A stretch of DNA of 63,731 nucleotides, the filler included, from Malassezia furfur (Eukaryota): the NCBI GenBank assembly GCA_052055015.1. It is 4 parts of 4 records of this genome, joined end to end, with 100 filler letters (N's around TTAATTAATTAA, not from the genome) between each part and the next. Parts side by side here need not be neighbours in the genome. Positions count along the whole stretch, not along the records: positions 47,962 to 63,731 come from JBQJIT010000260.1; 3 more parts are not named here. One strand, given 5' to 3'. The position numbers were made by a program, and so were the translations under genes. The notes under the pieces are model-generated. The model was not told where the DNA came from and did not search any database. It was given only the letters and a program-made list of their open reading frames with translations. The number at the start of each line of letters is the position of its first letter. Position 1 is the stretch's first letter. Shown piece after piece: positions 57,564 to 63,731 of this stretch.

Positions 57564-58524
57564 ATGTCCGATACGACTCCGGTCGAAAAGCGGTCCGACA
57601 CCGGGTCCGTGGTGTACTCCGAGGCGATCGGCGCCGACGACCCGCTGCTGCGGGAGTCGCATGTCGTCCTTACCGAAATCCCACAGGGCTTGTAGGTCTC
57701 TCCTCACTTACCCTAGCACCGCGACACTGCTCGATACCACGCTCCTCCTGAGCACCGTGCAGGGCGAAAAGCTCGGGTCCATCGGCAACGGGCGCAAGGC
57801 CGGTGCGTTCCACCTGTTCAAGCAACGCCCGCTCGAGTTTGATATTATGGACGCCCAAGGCCGCCCGCTCTTTCGGATCCGCCGTGTGCCCAACGAGCGG
57901 CACACCGACGCACTGGTGTACGAGCGGCGCAACGGACCCAACGGCGCCGCATGGCACCAGATCGGCCAGATCCTTGTCCGATCGCGCAGCCCCCGCGGCT
58001 TTGGCTACGAGGTGTCGTATACGCTGTACGAAATCCACGCCGACGGGCACTACTACGAGCCGTTTGCGACGATCGAGTCGAATCCCTTTACGCACAAGTT
58101 CCGGTTCCTGCAGGACGCCCGCGTCGTCGCGAATATGCAGCAGGTGGACTGGTCGTACGTGCGCATGGCTGACGACAGCGACCTTGGTCTCAAAAAATCC
58201 AAGCTGGCCAACTACCTGTTCTGGCTGCAGTCTGGCGCAGCGCCTGATACGGTGCAGCTCGCGACCAAGTGCAAGCAGGGACGCCCCGTTACGACGGCCG
58301 TGCAGCTGCCGCCGAACTGTATACCCAATGTCGATCCGTCGGCTCCGCACCCCTCGACGAACCAGCGCGTGCTCTATCTGGCCGCCGCCTACCTTGTTGT
58401 CTGTGCGTATCCCCCTCCCTCGATGGCTCACACAGACGACCAAAAACTCGACGAGCGGCTGTCGAACAACCAGTCGAGTGCGCTAATCGCCTCGAGCGGA
58501 TCGGTCGCCGTATCCACCCTGTAA
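57564..58524 (+). CDS. Scramblase/Aim25-like array gene H (introns 57692-57716, 58155-58178, 58403-58435)
   Basis: LSTVQGEKLGSIGNG, LFKQRPLEFDIMDAQGRPLFRIRR, IGQI, EPFATIESNPFT.KFRF, NQRVLYLAAAYLVV/YD. Confidence 0.75.
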
Positions 58525-58780
58525 TGTGCGCATCTATACACGCAGCTTTATGTATCTAGTCTATGCGAGGAAGCAGCTGACCGCGCACGCGGCGCTGCAC
58601 AGGCACCACACGCGCCGCGACGGTGCGCCGCGCCGTGCGGGCGCTCGCCAGTGCGCAGCACCGCGCGCGCACTTATCGTGCGCCGCTTGATAAGCGCCGC
58701 GTGTCGTGCACGTGCCATCGCTGAAACTATATCCCCACAGAATTCTCGCGCGCGGTGTGTCGTCTGACGTTGTGCCTTGA

Positions 58781-59713
58781 ATGCCGGGCACGATGCCTGC
58801 TGCGACGCGCCCTGCGGGCGCGTCTGCCGCCCCGCCGGACGTCTCTGAGGCGGCCAAGCGCATGCTGAGCGACACCGATTTGGTGTTGTCCGAGATTCCG
58901 CTCGATTTGTACGTCGCCATGCACTCACGCAGCCAAGCGTCGCAGCCCGTGCCATCGCTGCTGATCACCACGCTGCAGGGCGAGCGCCTCGGGACGATCG
59001 GGAACGGGCACAAGTCGTCGCAGTTCCAGCTGTTCAAGCAGCGTCCGTGGGAGTTTGACGTGCTGGACAGCGACGACCAGCCGCTCTTCCAGATCCGCCG
59101 GCTGTCCGCTGGGCGTTTCGCGAGCGCCGACGTGTACGAGCGCCGCAACAAGGAGTGGCACAAGATCGGCCGCATTGCCGTCGAGGGGCCCAATGCGCGG
59201 CGCGAGACCACCGACGCGACGTACGCGGTGCTCGAGAAGCGGGCCGACGGCCAGGCGGAGGTGCCGCTCGCAATCGCGCGGCGCGCACACAAGAACCGGT
59301 TCCTCTTCCACCAGAACGACATGGTGGTCGCCGGTGTGCAGGAGATCGACAAGGCGTACGTCGCACGCGCTGACCCAGCCGCTATGGCTTCCCGAACCAC
59401 ACGACCAACTACGTGGTGTCGCTGCAGAGCTCGGCGGCGCCCAAGTTTATCGAGGTGCCCGTCACCTACAAGGGAGGCCACGCGGTAACGAACTCGATCA
59501 CCTTCCCGTCAGAGCTTGCGCCGGTCGTCGACCGTGGTGCGCCAACCTCGAGCACGCGGCAGCGCCTGCTCATCCTCGCCGGCTCCTTCCTGATTTACTG
59601 TATGTGCCTTGGCTCACGCGCCAGTCGACTATTACGACGCCGACCGCCCCTCGAGTCCGCGCGTGCGCCGCGGGAGTATGGGCGAGCATTCCTCGATCCT
59701 CGTCTCGAATTAG
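58781..59713 (+). CDS. Scramblase/Aim25-like array gene I (introns 58909-58932, 59356-59378, 59600-59624)
   Basis: ITTLQGERLGTIGNG, LFKQRPWEFDVLDSDDQPLFQIRR, IGRI, TRQRLLILAGSFLIY/FDY. Confidence 0.72.
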
Positions 59714-60814
59714 TGACGGCGGCGTGCGCAGTGCCTGGCGCACGTGCCTACGAGACGAGGCACCACGTCGGGCCTGCCATGTACCTCCCTGCGGATGCTC
59801 CGATGCGCTGCGCGTCGGGCCCTTATTGTAATTCTTTTGATAAACGGCTCCTTCGAGTCGTGCACGTGCCACCACAGAAATGCCCAGCCTCGCATGGGAC
59901 GTCCGCGGCTTTCGTGCGTATTGCACGCGGTCGAGTGCGGCGGCTTCCGCTGTCTATGCCCTATGCCGTGCGCGTCAGCCTGGTGCGGACGCTGCGCGCG
60001 CCGGAGCGGTTGCGCATGCCTTGCACGAGGCCGACCTGATTCGTTCCTTCGTTCCTTCTCGGCTTGTACGCAGAGCCAGCTCGACACTGCGGGGTTATTG
60101 CCCCATGCTCCTTCTCACGTTGCTGCAGGCAAAAAAGAGGAGCGCGGTCAGAGATGATCATAGAATCCCCTAAAAGAAGCTGAGAAGCCGCTTGATGCGG
60201 CGTTGCATGCCCTGAACTCGTACGACCGCCGGGTGCTCCCGATTCGCCGCGTTCGGCTCTGCGCTAGACCGCTACCAAAATGTGCGAGCGGTCCGATGTA
60301 AATGGCACTGGCCGCGCATGCTCAAGGGCGGCGCATGCGCTTGTCGTCCTTGCGGCCCTCCGCCGCAGCTCTGCGGCCCGGTCTTTTGAGGAGGATGCGC
60401 CTCTACGTAGTGTCATTCCGAACCGCATTCCCGCGCACGTCGATCGAGGCCCGTGCGCTACGAGTTCAACAAGGCGGCGATACTCTCTCTCGGTCGTTCC
60501 CACTGAGCTCGCACGTCGGGGATCCTCGTGCGCCGCGGCTGCCCTGCATCGGTGCCTCGTTGGTGCACGCGCCGGCGAAGTATGCGGGTCCGGCGCGGCC
60601 ACGGGCGCGCGCGCGGCATGGGAGACGCGGCGCCGTACGATACGCGCACGCGCTGTGCCGGCGGAATTTTGCGCGGTGCTTGCGGAATTTTGCTCGCGCC
60701 GGGCGTGGGGGGAAAAAGGTAGAGCAACGCTATGGAGAGCACGTAGCGTCGCCGTACCGCGGTGGGTATCCTATCGACTGCAGCGCCGAGGCGATGGGAG
60801 GCGTGTGCGGCCGC

Positions 60815-61545
60815 CTAGGTATACGTGACGTCTGGGTGAGTGCGCATCCACGTACAGTCGAGCACGAACGCAAGGGCGAGGGTGACGATGCGCTGGTCCA
60901 TGCTTTCTTCGCCGCACTCGATCTTGAAGCGGTGGAAGTCGACGGAGCGGTTGGTCCTCATGCTGTATGAGTGGCGGCGAGGACGTACGCAAACGGCATG
61001 CTCTGGATCGACGCGAGCTTGTTCTTGTGGTCGTCGACGATGTGCAGATTCGTGCCGGCGGCCTTGACGGTGAGCCGCCCAAACGGCTCCGAGGCGCCGG
61101 TCGGCCCGGCACAGAACACGTTGTACTTGGAGCGGAAGGAGAACAGGTCGGCCTTGATCTCGCCGACCATGCGCACGGGCACGGCGCCGGTGCTGACGCC
61201 GTTCTTGGTGGAGCTGCCGTAGCCGAGGATGCGGACGAACCCCTGGCTGCCGCCGTGGCGCAGGTCGAACTTGGCGAGCGGCAGGCCGTCGGCGCTCAGC
61301 ACGTCTGCATACATGTGCGCGCGCCCGCGGTGCACAATGGTGCCGATGCGCCTGTCGTCCGGTGCGGTGATGGCATATTCGATGCCCTGCAGCTCCGACT
61401 GCCACAGCGACTGCTTAAAGTCGCGCGAGAGGAACACGGACGGCTGCCCCAGCACGGTGTACAGCGAGCGCTGTGTGTGTGGGTCGGTGCGCGGAAGCAG
61501 CGCGAGCGTCGCCTCGGACGCCAGCGAGCCGGCGTCGCTGCCCAT
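60815..61545 (-). CDS. Scramblase/Aim25/LOR-like array gene J, most divergent (introns 60963-60988, ~60832-60855)
   Basis: VLGQPSVFLSR, EYAITAPDDRRIGTI, VGEIKADLFSFRSKYNVF, EPFG, KLASI, SMDQRIVTLALAFVLD/Y. Confidence 0.68.
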
Positions 61546-61638
61546 CGTGGCCCGAGTGGAGGCGGCTAGCGGCGGCTGGCGGCGGCTGGCGGCGGCGGCG
61601 CAGGTGGAGGGGCAGGGGGGAAGGGGGTGTACGTACAG

Positions 61639-62670
61639 CTACTGGGTCTGCGAGGAGGCCAGGTCGCACTGGCGCCCCAGCTCCTGCACGTTCTGCAGTG
61701 CGGTCTGGAGCGTCGCGTACGACGGCGTATCGGGGCTGGTATTTTTGAGCAGGTCGCGCAGCAGGAGGCAGTAGCGCGGGATGCGCTGCGTCGGCATGAT
61801 CGCCACGTCCACCGGGCTCAGCTCCTTGGGCGGCTTGCGCTTGTCCGCGCGGCGGTCCGCCGCGACGTCCAGCGCGGCGTCCGGCAGCTCGGAGTCGTCG
61901 CGTGCGCCACTGCGCCGCGGCCCGGCGGGCGCGTCGGCACGCAGCGGGTCGAGCACCGGGACAAGCCCGAGGCGCCCCTTGGACTTGCTCTTGCTCGCCT
62001 CGGTGGCGCGCAGCGCACGCAGCGTCGCGCCCACGACGCCGCTCCACGCGACGTGCACCTCTTCGAGCTGGTCGCGGATCACAAGGAAGGCATGCGCCAC
62101 GCCGACGCTCGACGGGCTCTCTTCGATGCGGTACACGAGCGCGCGGCTGATCGAGATGAGCTGCGGGAGCATCTTGCGCAGCGTCAGGAGGTGCGGCGGC
62201 GGCGCATTGCTCGGCAGCCGCACGGACGCCGGCGCCGGCTGCTGCTGCTGCGACGGCATCAGCACGTTCGTCTGCATGCGCGTCGACGTGCTCGTCGTGC
62301 CCGCCCACTTGAGCACGACGATCAGCAGGCTCTCGAGGTGGCGCGCGTAGCTCCGCTCGGTCTGCACGAGCTCGCGGATGAGGAAGAGCGCCTTGACCTC
62401 CTTCTTCCAGTCGGCGTCGTTCGTGAACGGCTTGCCCGGCGCGTTGCCCGTCGCGTGCCCGATGCCGAGCTCGTTCGCGATGCTCTCGTCGATGCTCGCC
62501 TCGTCGTCGCTCGCGCCGTCGCTCGCGCCGTCCGCGGCCGCGTCGTCGTCCCCCTCCTCCTCCGCCGCGTCGTCTTCGCCGGCGTCGCGTACGTCGGCGT
62601 CTGCCGCGGCGTCGAGCGCCGCGCCGAGCCAGGCGAACTCGAGCTCGGTCGAGTACCCGTCGGTGACCAT
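61639..62670 (-). CDS. RhoGEF (Dbl-homology) domain protein; 5' end uncertain
   Basis: LFLIRELVQTERSYARHLESL and AIMPTQRIPRYCLLLRDLLKNT are DH-domain conserved regions; nearest in-frame ATG upstream of the domain is at 62670. Confidence 0.75.
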   Translation of the reverse strand: MVTDGYSTELEFAWLGAALDAAADADVRDAGEDDAAEEEGDDDAAADGASDGASDDEASIDESIANELGIGHATGNAPGKPFTNDADWKKEVKALFLIRELVQTERSYARHLESLLIVVLKWAGTTSTSTRMQTNVLMPSQQQQPAPASVRLPSNAPPPHLLTLRKMLPQLISISRALVYRIEESPSSVGVAHAFLVIRDQLEEVHVAWSGVVGATLRALRATEASKSKSKGRLGLVPVLDPLRADAPAGPRRSGARDDSELPDAALDVAADRRADKRKPPKELSPVDVAIMPTQRIPRYCLLLRDLLKNTSPDTPSYATLQTALQNVQELGRQCDLASSQTQ

Positions 62671-63373
62671 CCCTGTGGCGTACTCGACGTCGGTCGCGTA
62701 CAATGTGATGAGTGCGCCGTCGTCGATCGCGACGCCGAACGCGACGGCGTCGTCGAACGTGACGTATGCGGCGGCCAAGTCGACCGCGACGTGGAGCGGC
62801 GCCCTGCCGACGCTCATCAGCCTCATGTACCGCGGGAGCGACGAGGCCAAGGCGCACCTGCCGACGTTCTACTGGACGCTCGCGAACGCGTCGCTGGAGT
62901 CGTCGCAGCTCGACCTGATCTGCCAGACGCAGACGCACTTTTGTGCGACGGCCGGCTGCGAGGACGGCGACGACCACGTCGAGCACAACTTCTGCGACAC
63001 GAGCAAGGGCATGGCGACGATGTGCACGTGTGCCAAGAGCAAGTCGCGCCTGCCGCAGTACCAGTGGCCGGTGCAGTCGCAGGACTGCCTGCTCCGCCTG
63101 CAGGCGTGCCGCGACGCGTGCAACAACCAGAAGGAGACGCCGTTCGCGCAGCGGAACGTGTGCACGCAGGCGTGCGCCGACCAGATTGGGAGCAGCTGCG
63201 GCAAGACGGAGCAGTACGGCGCGAACTACGCCGTGTCGAAGCCCGGGCAGACGCCGTCGTACCTGATCGTCGACCAGTCGGACGCCCAGGGCGCCGGCGC
63301 ACGCACCGCCGCCAACCTCGCGCTCGTCAGCGCCGTGTCGCTCGCGGCGGCCGCGTGGCTCGTCCGCGCGTAG
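62462..63373 (+). CDS. Ser/Thr-rich, Cys-rich extracellular GPI-anchored-type protein; 5' end uncertain
   Basis: ICQTQTHFCATAGC...NFCDT..MCTCAK...DCLLRLQACRDAC...CTQACADQIGSSCG; N-glycosylation sequons; hydrophobic C-terminus LALVSAVSLAAAAWLVRA*. Confidence 0.7.
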   Translation: MPSSFAMLSSMLASSSLAPSLAPSAAASSSPSSSAASSSPASRTSASAAASSAAPSQANSSSVEYPSVTIPVAYSTSVAYNVMSAPSSIATPNATASSNVTYAAAKSTATWSGALPTLISLMYRGSDEAKAHLPTFYWTLANASLESSQLDLICQTQTHFCATAGCEDGDDHVEHNFCDTSKGMATMCTCAKSKSRLPQYQWPVQSQDCLLRLQACRDACNNQKETPFAQRNVCTQACADQIGSSCGKTEQYGANYAVSKPGQTPSYLIVDQSDAQGAGARTAANLALVSAVSLAAAAWLVRA

Positions 63374-63447
63374 GCCCTGCCGTGTACCATAGCCGTGTTT
63401 CGTTTAGTCAGCCAGCTCCTTCGCGCCCGAGCCCCCGCTTGCTCACC

Positions 63448-63731
63448 ATGCCCGACGGCGCGCCGCGCGGCGTGACCGAGGACGAGGCCGCGCTGTATGA
63501 CCGCCAGATCCGGCTGTGGGGCCTCGAGGCCCAGAACCGCATGCGCTCCGCGCACGTCGTCGTCCTCGGCCTCACGGGCGTCGCGACCGAGATCATCAAA
63601 AACGTCGTGCTCAGCGGCGTCGGGCGCCTGACCGTCGTCGACGACGCCGACGTGCGCGCCGACGACCTGAACGCGGGCTTCTTTTTCCGCGACTCGGACG
63701 TCGACGAGGGGGTTGAGCTGCTGGATGCGCT
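63448..63731 (+). CDS. AOS1: SUMO E1 activating enzyme small subunit (3'-truncated by window)
   Basis: VTEDEAALYDRQIRLWGLEAQNRMRSAHVVVLGLTGVATEIIKNVVLSGVGRLTVVD. Confidence 0.88.
   Translation, partial: MPDGAPRGVTEDEAALYDRQIRLWGLEAQNRMRSAHVVVLGLTGVATEIIKNVVLSGVGRLTVVDDADVRADDLNAGFFFRDSDVDEGVELLDA

Noticed and set aside
59714..60814. 1.1-kb gene-free gap inside the array with a GCGGAATTTTGC direct repeat (60661, 60682)
   Set aside because: No array-family motifs, snRNA signatures or credible ORF found by eye; cannot support a feature

Overview
Four concatenated contigs (joined by artificial N44-TTAATTAATTAA-N44 linkers at 15895-15994, 31883-31982, 47862-47961) from a compact, GC-rich basidiomycete yeast genome, most consistent with Malassezia (inference; the TTAGGA telomere repeat suggests the M. 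furfur group). Many genes are broken by extremely short spliceosomal introns (mostly 21-31 nt), so the ORF track fragments them; gene models below were rebuilt by hand. Contig 1: housekeeping genes (GAR1 end, DUR3, VPS26, ATG27, DUG2, RPC34, tRNA-Leu, TOP1, complex I B12, ERT1/AcuK, TRM112, PCK1 start). Contig 2 ends in a (TTAGGA)9 telomere, preceded by a subtelomeric metabolic block (2 aldo-keto reductases, TauD dioxygenase, MFS, ThDP decarboxylase, MFS with a nonsense codon, AKR pseudogene). Contig 3: MED22, a membrane protein, a Shb17-like phosphatase fused in-frame to thymidylate synthase, SEC24 paralog, a mitochondrial carrier with a 7-nt microexon, glyoxal oxidase, an RRM protein, and RACK1 hosting U24 snoRNA. 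Contig 4 holds the most striking feature: a 12-kb tandem array of ten highly diverged scramblase/Aim25/tubby-like genes, partly arranged as head-to-head pairs sharing conserved bidirectional promoter motifs, followed by a RhoGEF ORF overlapping a GPI-protein ORF on the opposite strand, and the start of AOS1.
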